A model generated the notes under the pieces. It was not told where the DNA came from and searched no databases. It saw only the letters and a program-made list of their open reading frames with translations. From NCBI GenBank assembly GCA_003282965.1, contig QBYF01000003.1:2418-66417 (forward strand): a stretch of DNA of 64,000 nt, given 5' to 3'. This DNA comes from Pelagibacteraceae bacterium AG-325-E13 (GTDB lineage Bacteria; Pseudomonadota; Alphaproteobacteria; Pelagibacterales; Pelagibacteraceae). Positions 31,187 to 41,720 of this stretch are shown in pieces (position 1 is the stretch's first letter; every line of letters begins with the position of its first letter). Position numbers and translations under genes: made by a program.

Positions 31187-32626
31187 ATGTACGAAAAATT
31201 TGGACAATTTATAGATGGTAAATGGCAGAGTTCATCTGGCGGGGAAACCTACGAAGTTACAAACCCAGCCACAGAGGAACTTATTGGTAAAGCCTCGAAA
31301 GCCAATAAAGAAGATATTAATTTGTGTCTTAAATCTGCTGCTAAAGGATTTGAAATTTGGAAAAACACTTCTCCTTGGGAAAGATCTAAAATAATCAGAA
31401 AAATTTCAGAATTAATAAGAAAAAAAAATGAAACCTTATCTAAATGGTTAACATTAGAAGTAGGAAAACCTCTATCTGAAAGCCTTGGAGAGGCAAACGG
31501 TGCTGCAGATATTTTTGAATGGAGCTCTGAAGAAGCAAAAAGAATCTACGGTGAAACATTACAAGGGAGATCACCCGATACAAGAATTCATGTTTATTAT
31601 CAGCCTGTAGGTGTTGTTGCTGCTTTAGTTCCTTGGAATTTTCCAATTACTCTTGCCTCAAGAAAAATTTCTACAGCTTTATCAGCAGGATGCTCAGTAA
31701 TAGTTAAACCAGATGTAATTACTCCAGGTGCTGTAATGGAATTAGTGGATATTTGTAATGAAGCAGGCGTTCCGCCGGGGGTAATTAATCTTTTATCTGG
31801 TGATCCAGCATATATTTCAGATCAGTTGTTATCTTCAGATATAATTAAAAAAGTTTCAATTACTGGTTCTACACGTGTAGGTAAATTAATCTTAAAGAAG
31901 GCAGCTGAAAAAGTTCAAAGAGTAACAATGGAATTAAGTGGTCATTCTCCATTTATAGTTTTTGATGATGTCAATTTAGATAAAGTTACGGATATGGCTA
32001 TTTTTGCAAAATTTAGAAACAATGGACAAGTTTGTATTTCTCCCAGTCGATTTTACATTCATGAAAGTAAAAAAGAAGATTTTACTAACTTAATGATTGA
32101 AAAAACAAAAAAATTAAAAATTGGAAATGGAATGGACAATGGTACAGTACTTGGTCCTCTAACAACAAAAAAAAGATTAGAAGAAATAGAAAATTTAGTT
32201 GATATAACAAAAAAAGAAGGTGCAAAAATTCTATTAGGGGGAAAAAGACCATCAGGTTTTAATAAAGGTTATTTTTATGAACCAACCATTTTTGATGATG
32301 TTAAAGATAGTTTTACTATTATGAATCAAGAACCCTTTGGCCCGTTAGTACCCATTTTATCATTCAAAGATTTTGATGAAGTTGTAAAAAGAGCAAATAA
32401 CAACGATCTTGGTTTAGCAAGCTATGTTTATACTAATAATCTTGAAAAAGCTCACAGAGTATCAGAAATGATGGAAACAGGGACCGTAGCGGTTAACACA
32501 CCTGTAGTAGCTCTTCCAGAGGCACCATTTGGTGGAATTAAGCAAACTGGATATGGTCGGGAAGGCGGGTCGATGGCTATCAAAGATTATCTTAATATTA
32601 AATATACACATTTAGGTATCCAATAA
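31187..32626 (+). CDS. NAD(P)-dependent aldehyde dehydrogenase, succinate-semialdehyde dehydrogenase-like
   Basis: PWNFP, ITGSTRVG, MELSGH, NNGQVC, EPFGP, PFGGIKQTGYGREGG. Confidence 0.88.
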   Translation: MYEKFGQFIDGKWQSSSGGETYEVTNPATEELIGKASKANKEDINLCLKSAAKGFEIWKNTSPWERSKIIRKISELIRKKNETLSKWLTLEVGKPLSESLGEANGAADIFEWSSEEAKRIYGETLQGRSPDTRIHVYYQPVGVVAALVPWNFPITLASRKISTALSAGCSVIVKPDVITPGAVMELVDICNEAGVPPGVINLLSGDPAYISDQLLSSDIIKKVSITGSTRVGKLILKKAAEKVQRVTMELSGHSPFIVFDDVNLDKVTDMAIFAKFRNNGQVCISPSRFYIHESKKEDFTNLMIEKTKKLKIGNGMDNGTVLGPLTTKKRLEEIENLVDITKKEGAKILLGGKRPSGFNKGYFYEPTIFDDVKDSFTIMNQEPFGPLVPILSFKDFDEVVKRANNNDLGLASYVYTNNLEKAHRVSEMMETGTVAVNTPVVALPEAPFGGIKQTGYGREGGSMAIKDYLNIKYTHLGIQ

Positions 32627-32631
32627 GCTTA

Positions 32632-32880
32632 ATGAGCTATTTTGTTTATATGCTCAAATCTAGTGGGATCAATCCAGTTACATACGTTGGATATACTAAA
32701 AATATCATAAAAAGAATTAATCTTCATAATTCAGGCAAAGGCGCTAAATTTACAAAAGGAAGAACCTGGAAATTGATTTATAAGGAGTCCTTTAAATCAA
32801 AAAGTAAAGCAATTTCTAGAGAATATTATATAAAGAAAAATAGAACATTAAGAAATAAGATTAAAAATACGTATAGATGA
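32632..32880 (+). CDS. GIY-YIG nuclease family protein (YhbQ-like)
   Basis: FVY..YVG..R..HNSGKGAKFT..A..RE. Confidence 0.9.
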   Translation: MSYFVYMLKSSGINPVTYVGYTKNIIKRINLHNSGKGAKFTKGRTWKLIYKESFKSKSKAISREYYIKKNRTLRNKIKNTYR

Positions 32881-35009
32881 AAATTTCAATTTTATTACCT
32901 TATAAAGAAAATTTTGCCCCTGAATATCCTGGTGCTGTTTCATTATTTGTATATGAAACAACAAAAATCAGTAAATTTAGAAAAAAGATAACAGTTTTTG
33001 GTAATACTAATCTAAAAAAAAAATTTCCAATTAAATATATAAATATTGAAACTAAAAAAAATATTTTATCAAGTCAGACCAAAAGTTATGTAAATAAATT
33101 TATAAAATTGGAAAAAAAAAGAAATTCTTCAATAATAGAAATTCATAATAGACCAACTTATGTGAAATTATTATCTTCAGTATTAAACTACAGAATTTAC
33201 TCTCTTTATTTTCATAATGATCCTCTTTCTATGGATGGATCTAAATCAATTGAAGATCGTAAATTTCTTTTAAAAAATTGTTACAAAATAATATTTAATA
33301 GCAACTGGTCTAAAAAAAGATTTTTAGAAGGACTGGAGAATAAATTTGTCAATAGTAACAAGTTAGCAGTTTTTTACCAATCAGCCTCAAAAGGGAGTCT
33401 CTCTTTATTAAATCATAAAAAAAAGTGGATAACATTTGTAGGAAAGCTTAATAGAGCAAAAGGTTACGATGTTTTTTCTAAAGCAATTAAAGATATTTTG
33501 AATAAAAATCTAGATTGGAGAGCTAAAATAATTGGAGACGAAAAGAGGGAAAAGATTGATTTAAAACATAAAAATGCTGATTTACTTGGCTTTAAAAAGC
33601 ACAATGAAGTAATCAATGTTTTTAAAAAAACTAGTATAGCAGTTGTATGTTCTAGATGGGAAGAGCCTTTTGGAAGAACAAGTCTAGAGGCTTCTGCTAA
33701 TGGATGTGCAGTAATTATAACCAATAAAGGAGGATTACCAGAAACAATAACTGATGCAAAAATATTAAATAGATTATCAGTTAGAGATCTTAAAAAAACA
33801 TTAAATTTATTAATAAAGAATACATCTCTAAGAAAAGAACTACAAAAATCTTCTATAAAAAACTTTTACCTAACTCACTCTTTTGTCACTAAAAATATTG
33901 ATAATTATAGAGATGAAAAAATTAGAAGTATTAACAATTTTTTTGTTCCTAAAAAAAGATCTAAACTTAGAATTTTACACATTACAAACTTTAATGAACG
34001 TTTAGATGGTAGACTTTTTTTCAACACGGGACGAAGAATAAATAATGGTTTTATAAGATTAGGCCACAGTGTGCTAGGTTTTAGTGATAGAGATATTCAA
34101 AAATATTATAAATCCATAAAAGACTTCAAAGGATCGAAAATTTTAAACGATAAATTAAAAAAAACTTGTTATAATTACAAACCAGATTTAATTATATTAG
34201 GGCACGCAGATTTAATCTCTTCTAATCAAATAAATGAACTAAAAGATGATTATCCAAATGTTAGAATAGGACAGTGGTTTTTAGACCCACTTAATCCTCG
34301 GGGTCCAGATTATGATAGAAATAAAGAAAGAATTCTTGATAAAATTAATTCAGTAGATGCAACATTTGTGACTACAAGTCCCTCAGTTTTGAAATTTTTA
34401 AGAGAGAAAGATAAATCATTTTACATACCAAATCCAAGCGATAAATCATTTGAAACTCTAAACAATTTTAGAAAGTCTTGCTCTGTTGATGTATTCTTTG
34501 CTTTAAGTCATGGAGTTCACAGAGGGGTTCTTAAATCAGGGAAGTTAGATGACAGGGCAATGTTTATTAATAACCTATTAAAAAAGACACCAGATACTAA
34601 ATTTGATATATACGGATTAAATAAAGTTCAGCCGATATGGGCAGATCACTATTTTAAAACAATTAGTAATGCTAAAATGGGTCTTAATTTAAGTAGAGGT
34701 GAAACAATTAAATACTATAGTAGCGATAGAATAACTCAAATAGTAGGCAATGGATTAGTCTGCTTAATAGATGAAAAAACTCAATACAGAGATTTTTTTG
34801 ATGATAATGAAATGGTTTTTTATAAAAATATTAATGATTTATCGGAAAAGATATTAAAAGTCTCAAGAGATGATAAAGTAAGAAAAAGTATTGCACAAAA
34901 AGGGAAGGAAAAATACATGAAATTTTTTAATTCAGATATTGTGGCAGAATATATTGTGAATAAAACTATGAACATAAAATCTAAAAAAAAATTAATATGG
35001 CAAAAATAA
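32877..35009 (+). CDS. Fused glycosyltransferase (GT4 plus second GT-B, CgeB-like domain)
   Basis: EIHNRP, SRWEEPFGRTSLEA; second half with YSSDRI..GNG. Confidence 0.85.
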   Translation: MKISILLPYKENFAPEYPGAVSLFVYETTKISKFRKKITVFGNTNLKKKFPIKYINIETKKNILSSQTKSYVNKFIKLEKKRNSSIIEIHNRPTYVKLLSSVLNYRIYSLYFHNDPLSMDGSKSIEDRKFLLKNCYKIIFNSNWSKKRFLEGLENKFVNSNKLAVFYQSASKGSLSLLNHKKKWITFVGKLNRAKGYDVFSKAIKDILNKNLDWRAKIIGDEKREKIDLKHKNADLLGFKKHNEVINVFKKTSIAVVCSRWEEPFGRTSLEASANGCAVIITNKGGLPETITDAKILNRLSVRDLKKTLNLLIKNTSLRKELQKSSIKNFYLTHSFVTKNIDNYRDEKIRSINNFFVPKKRSKLRILHITNFNERLDGRLFFNTGRRINNGFIRLGHSVLGFSDRDIQKYYKSIKDFKGSKILNDKLKKTCYNYKPDLIILGHADLISSNQINELKDDYPNVRIGQWFLDPLNPRGPDYDRNKERILDKINSVDATFVTTSPSVLKFLREKDKSFYIPNPSDKSFETLNNFRKSCSVDVFFALSHGVHRGVLKSGKLDDRAMFINNLLKKTPDTKFDIYGLNKVQPIWADHYFKTISNAKMGLNLSRGETIKYYSSDRITQIVGNGLVCLIDEKTQYRDFFDDNEMVFYKNINDLSEKILKVSRDDKVRKSIAQKGKEKYMKFFNSDIVAEYIVNKTMNIKSKKKLIWQK

Positions 35010-36052
35010 AAAAAAGAAAAAAAGCTTTGATCTTTGGAGTCACTGGACAAGATGGCTCTTATCTTGCCGAATTATTAATTAAAAAAAATTATATCATACA
35101 TGGAGTCAAAAGAAGGTCTTCGAGTGCTAACACAGAAAGAATAGATCACTTATTTGATAGTGTAAATTTTAACAACAAAAATATCTCTATTCATTATGGT
35201 GACATATCAGATGGTACAAGCACTCTAAACATAATTAATAAAATAAAACCAGATGAAATTTATAATTTAGCTGCTCAAAGTCATGTCAGAGTTTCTTTTG
35301 ATGTACCAGAATATACTGCTGATATAACAGCCTTGGGAGCATTAAGAATTTTAGAGTCAATAAGAATTCTTAAATTAAAAAAAACAAAATATTATCAAGC
35401 TTCTAGTTCTGAAATGTACGGACTGGTTAAGAAAAAAAGATCACTAGACGAGCTTACACCTTTTCATCCCAGATCAATTTATGGAGTTTCTAAAGTTTTC
35501 GCATACCATACCGCAGTTCACTATAGAGAAGCTTACGGGATATTTGCAAGTAATGGAATCTTATTTAATCATGAGTCTCCTAGAAGAGGTCCAACTTTTG
35601 TCACAAAAAAGATTGTTCAAGGTTTAGTTAGAATTAAAGTTGGACTACAAAAAAAATTAACTTTAGGTAATTTATATGCTGTTAGAGATTGGGGTCACGC
35701 AAAAGATTATGCTATTTCGATGTGGAAAATTTTACAACATAAAAAACCTGATGATTGGGTAATTGCTACTAATAAAGAAAATACTGTTAAGAAGTTCATA
35801 GATATAAGTGCAAGAAAATTATCAATGAAAATAAAATGGGTAGGAAAGGGAATAAATGAAAGGGCTATTGACATAAAATCTCGCAAAACTATAATTGACC
35901 TTGACAAAAAATATCTCAGACCAACAGAAGTTGAATTTTTAAAAGGTAATTTTTCAAAAGCTAGGCGTCATCTTAAATGGAAACCATCAATATCTACAGA
36001 TAATTTGATAGATGATATGATTAAATTTGAGATGAGCAAATATAATAGCTAA
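34997..36052 (+). CDS. gmd: GDP-mannose 4,6-dehydratase
   Basis: GVTGQDGSYL, AAQSHVRVSF, QASSSEMYG, FNHESPRRG, RDWGHA. Confidence 0.96.
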   Translation: MAKIKKRKKALIFGVTGQDGSYLAELLIKKNYIIHGVKRRSSSANTERIDHLFDSVNFNNKNISIHYGDISDGTSTLNIINKIKPDEIYNLAAQSHVRVSFDVPEYTADITALGALRILESIRILKLKKTKYYQASSSEMYGLVKKKRSLDELTPFHPRSIYGVSKVFAYHTAVHYREAYGIFASNGILFNHESPRRGPTFVTKKIVQGLVRIKVGLQKKLTLGNLYAVRDWGHAKDYAISMWKILQHKKPDDWVIATNKENTVKKFIDISARKLSMKIKWVGKGINERAIDIKSRKTIIDLDKKYLRPTEVEFLKGNFSKARRHLKWKPSISTDNLIDDMIKFEMSKYNS

Positions 36053-37240
36053 ATGAGTAAATTTTTTTATCCTCTTATAGATAATCCCTATAGAAAAAAA
36101 GATATCAACGAGGCTGTAAAAGTATTAAAGTCATTCAAAATAACTTCAGGAATAAAGACTATAAATTTTCAAAATACCTTTAAAAAAAAAATTAAAGTTA
36201 ATAATGCTTTAATGGTTAATTCTGGATCTTCTGCTAATCTTTTAGCGCTACAATGCTTAATCAATCCATATAGAAAAAAAAGGCTTAAAAGAGGTGATGA
36301 AATACTTATTCCATCATTATGCTGGTCAACCTCACTTTGGCCAATTATACAAAGCGGTTTAAAACCAAAATTTGTAGATGTTGAAAAAAATACTCTAAAT
36401 ATTGACTTAAATGACTTAAAATCAAAAATTTCAAAAAAAACTAAAGGAATACTAATTGTTCATGTCTTAGGGAACTCAACAAATATGAATGAATTAATCA
36501 AAATTAAAAAAAGACATAATCTTTATTTGATTGAAGATACATGTGAATCTTTAGGAACAAAATTTAATAATAAATATTTAGGCACTTATGGTGAATTCTC
36601 TTCATTTTCTTTTTATTCTTCTCATCAAATTTCATCTGGAGAAGGAGGAATGATTTGTTGTAAGAGTCAAGAAGATTTTGAAATTTTAAAGGCTTTAAGA
36701 GCTCATGGTTGGTCAAGAGGATTAAAAAATGAACATAAGATTTCAAAACAGAATAAGCATTTAGACAAAAGATTTATTTTTTATAATTCAGGTTTTAACG
36801 TTAGAGCAACTGACATAGCTGCAAGTATTGGCTTAAGTCAATTTAGAGACTTAAATAAGTTTATCAAAACAAGAAATATTAATCGAAAAAAAATAATTAA
36901 TGAATTAAATAAAAGCAAAGTAAGAGATAAAATTGCGATAATTGAAGAAAATAAGGGGGTTAAGGCCTCTTGGTTTGGTATACCTATACTTTTATCTAAG
37001 AAAATTAATAAGAAATTATTTATAAAAAAAATTGAAAAAGATGGAGTTGAAACAAGACCAATCATAAGTGGAAACTTTTTAAATCAGCCATCAATTAAAA
37101 AATATAATTTAAGATCTAACACTAAAATGAAAAATGCAGATTATATTAATAACTATGGTTTTTTTATAGGATTACCAACAAAACCAATCTCATCATTAAT
37201 TATAAAAAAACTTGTGAAAGTCTTTGAGAAAAGTGTTTAA
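36053..37240 (+). CDS. DegT/DnrJ-family PLP enzyme, ColD-like GDP-4-keto-6-deoxymannose 3-dehydratase
   Basis: VNSGSSANLLA, EDTCES, SFYSSHQISSGEGG (His at the usual Lys position), RAHGW. Confidence 0.8.
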   Translation: MSKFFYPLIDNPYRKKDINEAVKVLKSFKITSGIKTINFQNTFKKKIKVNNALMVNSGSSANLLALQCLINPYRKKRLKRGDEILIPSLCWSTSLWPIIQSGLKPKFVDVEKNTLNIDLNDLKSKISKKTKGILIVHVLGNSTNMNELIKIKKRHNLYLIEDTCESLGTKFNNKYLGTYGEFSSFSFYSSHQISSGEGGMICCKSQEDFEILKALRAHGWSRGLKNEHKISKQNKHLDKRFIFYNSGFNVRATDIAASIGLSQFRDLNKFIKTRNINRKKIINELNKSKVRDKIAIIEENKGVKASWFGIPILLSKKINKKLFIKKIEKDGVETRPIISGNFLNQPSIKKYNLRSNTKMKNADYINNYGFFIGLPTKPISSLIIKKLVKVFEKSV

Positions 37241-38054
37241 AAAAAAAATTATTATTACTGGTGGAAATGGAATGCTGGGAAATCATTTTTATAACATGTA
37301 TAAAAATGCTTTTACAATTGTAAAATACCCAAATCGAATAGAAAATTTTAAGAAATTTGAAAAATGGTTAGAAGGTAAAAAATTCAATTACTTTATTCAT
37401 TTTGCAGCCAAAACAAAAAGTGAAAGTAAAGATAAAAAAAAGCTTAAACTCATTAATGTGACATCAACTATTAAGATGATTAAAATACTTAATAAAAAAA
37501 AGATTTTAAATTTTAAATATTTTCTTTTTATATCGAGCTCTCATGTATACGGGTTTTCAAATAAAAAGATTAAAGAAACAAAAAAAAGAGCTCCTAAAAA
37601 TTTATATGGCAAATCCAAAAAAAGAGTTGAAGACTACATAATAAATAAAAGAAAAAAACTAAATTTTAAAGTAGGAATTGCTAGAATTTTCAATGTTACA
37701 GGCGCTAAACAAAGAAAAGGAAATTTTGTACCAGATATGGTTGAAAAGATGAAAAAGGTAAAAACAATTTATTTCGTAAATCAGTTCAGAGACTTTATAC
37801 ATATAGATGATGTTTCTAGATCAATTAAGCTTTTAATAGATAAGAAGTTTGAAAAACCAATCAATATTTCTAGCGGAAAAAAAATTAATCTTATTAATGC
37901 TTGTAAAATTTTGAATAATAGTTTTTTGAAAAATAAAATATCTTACGATAAAAAAAGAGGTAAGGATATATTTGGTAATAATTCTTTGCTTAGAAATATT
38001 GGAATCAAAAAGTTTAAAAGTGTAAAAAAAGCGCTCTTAGAATATAAAAAATGA
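37224..38054 (+). CDS. NAD-dependent SDR sugar epimerase/reductase
   Basis: ITGGNGMLG, SSSHVYG, YGKSK, RDFIHIDD. Confidence 0.82.
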   Translation: MRKVFKKKIIITGGNGMLGNHFYNMYKNAFTIVKYPNRIENFKKFEKWLEGKKFNYFIHFAAKTKSESKDKKKLKLINVTSTIKMIKILNKKKILNFKYFLFISSSHVYGFSNKKIKETKKRAPKNLYGKSKKRVEDYIINKRKKLNFKVGIARIFNVTGAKQRKGNFVPDMVEKMKKVKTIYFVNQFRDFIHIDDVSRSIKLLIDKKFEKPINISSGKKINLINACKILNNSFLKNKISYDKKRGKDIFGNNSLLRNIGIKKFKSVKKALLEYKK

Positions 38055-39088
38055 AAAAATTTATTTTTTTTAGAAACGATAGGCTTGGAGATTTCTTAAT
38101 TATAACTAATATATTAAAATCAATTAAAGAAAAATTTAAAGACTCACACATAACTGTTGTATGCTCGCCTCTTAATTATAGTTTGGTTAAAAAATATAAA
38201 ATTATTAATCAAGTTTACTTGTATAATAAAAAAGACTCTTTTTTTAAAACAATATCTCTTTTAAGCAAAATTATTAAAGATGATTATTTTGCTTCTTTTT
38301 CTGTTGATGGTAAATCTTTTTCTAATCTATGTAATTTATTAATTAAATCAAAATATAAATTAGGTCTAGTTTACAATTATAAGATATTTAGCTTGTGGCT
38401 TTCAAAACCAAATTTTTTCTATAAGTATTTTATTTTCGATAAGTATGAAACTTTTACTAGTAAAAAAGATCTTACAAAAATTGAACATTTGCCTACAAAG
38501 TTAATAAGTTTAGCTAATTATTTTAAATTAAATTTAAAAACAAAACGAAATTATTATTTTAATACCTCTGCTAAAGATAAAAAAGATTTTAAGAAATATT
38601 ATACAAAATTTATCCGGAAGAAATATATTCTTTTACATTTTGATGAGAAATGGGCAGATATAAAGTATATAGAGAATAAACTTTTTTCAAATATTTTAAA
38701 ACTACAAAGAAAAATTAAATCAAAAATTATTATTTCATCTTTTAAAAATAAAAATAAATATTTTCAAGATTTAAAAAAACAAATATACAAAAATAAAAAT
38801 GATAAAGATATTCTTTTGATAGAGAACTCAAGTTTACCTTTTTTTGAGAGATTAATTAATCATTCTATTTGTTCTATAAGTTGTCATTCTGGTTTTTTGG
38901 TTCAAATAGCTGGTGCAAATTTGACTAATGTAATAGATATAATTCACAAAAATGATTTCAAATGGTATAGTTCTTGGAAACCAAAGAACACGAAACACAA
39001 ATTTATTTTTAAATCTAATATCGATGATATCTTTAGAAATATCGAAAAAACTTTAGAATCTTATATAAATGATAAGCTATTTATTTAA
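38051..39088 (+). CDS. GT9-like glycosyltransferase
   Basis: N-terminal DRLGDFL, C-terminal CHSG..QIA. Confidence 0.7.
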   Translation: MKKFIFFRNDRLGDFLIITNILKSIKEKFKDSHITVVCSPLNYSLVKKYKIINQVYLYNKKDSFFKTISLLSKIIKDDYFASFSVDGKSFSNLCNLLIKSKYKLGLVYNYKIFSLWLSKPNFFYKYFIFDKYETFTSKKDLTKIEHLPTKLISLANYFKLNLKTKRNYYFNTSAKDKKDFKKYYTKFIRKKYILLHFDEKWADIKYIENKLFSNILKLQRKIKSKIIISSFKNKNKYFQDLKKQIYKNKNDKDILLIENSSLPFFERLINHSICSISCHSGFLVQIAGANLTNVIDIIHKNDFKWYSSWKPKNTKHKFIFKSNIDDIFRNIEKTLESYINDKLFI

Positions 39089-39776
39089 TTTACCGAGTTT
39101 TTTATTGAGAAAATATAAATCAAAAAAGATTTCATTTTCACTTACCAGCATAGATCTTCTAATTTCTTACATTTTTAAAAATCAAAAAAAAGGTTATTAT
39201 ATAGACGTAGGATGTAATCATCCTGTCTTTAGTAATAATACCTATCTTCTTTATAAAAAAGGGTGGCGAGGTATTAATATAGACTTAGATAAAAAATGTA
39301 TAGATCTATTTAATACATTTAGAAAAAAAGATTTTAATTTAGAAGCTGCTGTTTCAGATAATTTTGAAGAGGTAGATTTGTTTTTTTACCACGATAAATC
39401 AGCTATTAACACTATAAATAAAAAAATAATAAGTTTTCAAAAACAAAAACCAAAAGAGATAAAAAGGATAAAAACAAAAACACTTAATTCTATTTTAGAA
39501 CAATCTCCTTTTATTAATAAACAGATAGATTTTTTAAGTATAGATGTGGAAGGGAACGAATTAAATGTTATTAAAGGATTCAATTTAAAAAAATATTCTC
39601 CAAAAATAGTTGTAATTGAATTTTTAGATTTATCTCTCAAAACTATAGAAATTAAAAATTTCAATATTCAAAATATAATTAATTCTGAAATTTACAAATA
39701 TATGGTTAGTAATGACTATTCTTTAGTAAATTGGGTCCATTCTGATTTAGTTTTTGCGCATGATACTTTTAAATAA
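39069..39776 (+). CDS. FkbM-family methyltransferase
   Basis: YIDVGCNHP..SNNT..GWRGI, IDFLSIDVEGNE. Confidence 0.88.
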   Translation: MISYLFNLPSFLLRKYKSKKISFSLTSIDLLISYIFKNQKKGYYIDVGCNHPVFSNNTYLLYKKGWRGINIDLDKKCIDLFNTFRKKDFNLEAAVSDNFEEVDLFFYHDKSAINTINKKIISFQKQKPKEIKRIKTKTLNSILEQSPFINKQIDFLSIDVEGNELNVIKGFNLKKYSPKIVVIEFLDLSLKTIEIKNFNIQNIINSEIYKYMVSNDYSLVNWVHSDLVFAHDTFK

Positions 39777-39794
39777 TAATATAGTATCTTTATA

Positions 39795-40772
39795 ATGATA
39801 AAAATCTGGGGAACATCTTTTAGTTTAATAGGAGATCTCATCATGAGTTTACCTCAACTAAATTATTTTAAAAAAAAATATAAAGACACTTATATAAACT
39901 TTGTAATACATAAAAAAATAGCTTATTGCGCACCTCTTTTTTTCAATCACCCTTACATAGACAAAATAATTATTTCCGGAGAATGGAGCTCTTTTAGCTC
40001 GAATGATTATAATATTGCATCAAATTGCGATGTTGTTACGACAAAATTGGATCATAAAAACAAAAAAATTCTTGATAGAAGTCACGAGGATAAATATTGG
40101 TACAATAAAAGATCTTGCATTGATGAAACTGCTTTAATGTCTGGCATAACTGATTTTAATGATGTTTTATCTAAAAATGAAAAAATTCCTTATTTAAACA
40201 TGTGGTTCGATGCTGGATTTGAAGATGTACAAAAAAAAGGAGCCTATACTTACGAAAAAGTTCACTCAAAAAAAAATCATATACTCTCTAAATCCGTAGC
40301 CATTTGGCCTTTTGCAGGATATGGAAGAAGTAAAAATAGAAATCCAAGCTTAGATTGGTGGAAAAGACTTGTTTTAGATTTTAATAAAAAATCTATTAAA
40401 GTTTTTCACTTTGGTTATATTAATGAACCAAATTTATCCGAAAACAATACTTATTATGAAAAGCTAACTGATCTTGATTTTTTTTCTCAAATAAAAATAT
40501 CCCTTAGTTCTAAGCTTTCAATTGGTACCGACTCTGGTTCTATGTGGGTTTTAAGCGCTTACTCACATCCTTCATTAATAATTAGTACAAATTGGTATGA
40601 AAATCATAAAAGCAATTTATTAGCTACTATTCCTCCAAATATAAATAGTGAGATAATATTCAAGGAAAATGGATTTGCGTCTTTGTCAGTTGAAGAGGTT
40701 TTTGAAAAATCTATTAAAAGGGGAGTATCGAGCGTAAATAAAATTGACAAGTTTTTGAGTTTTTTTAAATAG
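39795..40772 (+). CDS. GT9-like glycosyltransferase
   Basis: IGDLIMSLP, IGTDSGSMW. Confidence 0.72.
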   Translation: MIKIWGTSFSLIGDLIMSLPQLNYFKKKYKDTYINFVIHKKIAYCAPLFFNHPYIDKIIISGEWSSFSSNDYNIASNCDVVTTKLDHKNKKILDRSHEDKYWYNKRSCIDETALMSGITDFNDVLSKNEKIPYLNMWFDAGFEDVQKKGAYTYEKVHSKKNHILSKSVAIWPFAGYGRSKNRNPSLDWWKRLVLDFNKKSIKVFHFGYINEPNLSENNTYYEKLTDLDFFSQIKISLSSKLSIGTDSGSMWVLSAYSHPSLIISTNWYENHKSNLLATIPPNINSEIIFKENGFASLSVEEVFEKSIKRGVSSVNKIDKFLSFFK

Positions 40773-40777
40773 ACAAA

Positions 40778-41692
40778 TTATTTATTTAAAATTTTGTTCA
40801 AAGCATTATTTTTAAATAAATCAGCCTCTTTGATATATCGTCTGACCATATCAACTGATTTATGACCGGTCATAGCCATTATATTTCTCTCACTTGCACC
40901 AGACTCTGCTGTAGTTGTTGCAAACCCGGATCTTAGGCTGTGACCAGCGTATTTTTTCTCATCAAATCCAGCTTGAAGAGCATATTTTTTAATTATTAGA
41001 GCAACATTTTTGTCTGAGATAGGGAATATTCGATCTTTTCTATTTTCAAACATCCATAACCTTAGATTTTCTACAGGACAATAGTTATTGTATTTAAAAG
41101 AGGGGATAGCTTTAATCATTCCTTCGCCTGATTGGTCTGATTTTGACTTTTTTACAAATATTTTTACCCCTTCTTTTACAAATTCAATATCTTCTTTAGT
41201 TATTGATACTAGTTCGGACCTTCTAAAACCTCCTGCAAAACCAACTAATATTAAAGCTTTATCTCTCTGTTTTTTAATAGAGTTTCCTGAAGACTGATCA
41301 ATTTGTTTAATTATTGCTTTTATGTCGTTGAATAATAAGGGTTTTTTGGCTTTTTGATATACTCCTATTTGCCTTTTAATCCCAATCAAGTTTTCTACGA
41401 TTATCGGATGCTTGGTGTCTAAGTAATGCCCTTTATACCTATGCATCATATTTATGGATGCTAATCTACGTTTTAAAGTGCTAAATTTTGAGTTTTTAGA
41501 CAAATGAGTGAGATATATTGAAACAATTTTAGGATCACTCGGGAGACTTTTTAAATTATGTTTTGTGCAAAACAAAACAAAGTCATTGAAGTCTGATTTA
41601 TAAGCACGAATAGTATTTTTAGCCTTAGATAGTTTTAAGTTGTCTAAAGTCTCAATTTCGAGTTTTTTAACTTCTGTTGTTAAATCGTTCAT
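40778..41692 (-). CDS. Cre-like tyrosine recombinase
   Basis: ATG is CAT at 41690-41692 and stop is TTA at 40778-40780, so - strand (track says +). Full catalytic set: GFRRSEL (R), SKSDQ (K), GHSLRSG (HxxR), TGH (H), RRY (Y); N-terminal SAM-like domain NTIRAYKSDF. Confidence 0.93.
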   Translation of the reverse strand: MNDLTTEVKKLEIETLDNLKLSKAKNTIRAYKSDFNDFVLFCTKHNLKSLPSDPKIVSIYLTHLSKNSKFSTLKRRLASINMMHRYKGHYLDTKHPIIVENLIGIKRQIGVYQKAKKPLLFNDIKAIIKQIDQSSGNSIKKQRDKALILVGFAGGFRRSELVSITKEDIEFVKEGVKIFVKKSKSDQSGEGMIKAIPSFKYNNYCPVENLRLWMFENRKDRIFPISDKNVALIIKKYALQAGFDEKKYAGHSLRSGFATTTAESGASERNIMAMTGHKSVDMVRRYIKEADLFKNNALNKILNK

Positions 41693-41695
41693 ATT

Positions 41696-41720
41696 TTCCG
41701 ATAACCATTAATTATCGGAA
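41696..41720. promoter_or_regulatory. Palindromic recombination/operator site (candidate dif/lox-like)
   Basis: Perfect 9-bp inverted repeat TTCCGATAA-CCATTAA-TTATCGGAA, 3 bp upstream of the recombinase start. Confidence 0.75.

Noticed and set aside
32632-32880. GIY-YIG gene as homing endonuclease or mobile element
   Set aside because: 82-aa stand-alone YhbQ-type domain with no DNA-binding extension or intron context.
40778-41692. + strand label in the ORF track
   Set aside because: The listed protein is encoded by the reverse complement (CAT at 41690-41692, TTA at 40778-40780); annotated as -.
29804-41692. One large island from tRNA-Glu to the recombinase
   Set aside because: The att duplicate closes at 31153, about 9.6 kb before the recombinase, and I saw no tRNA-derived repeat near the recombinase, which has its own palindromic site.
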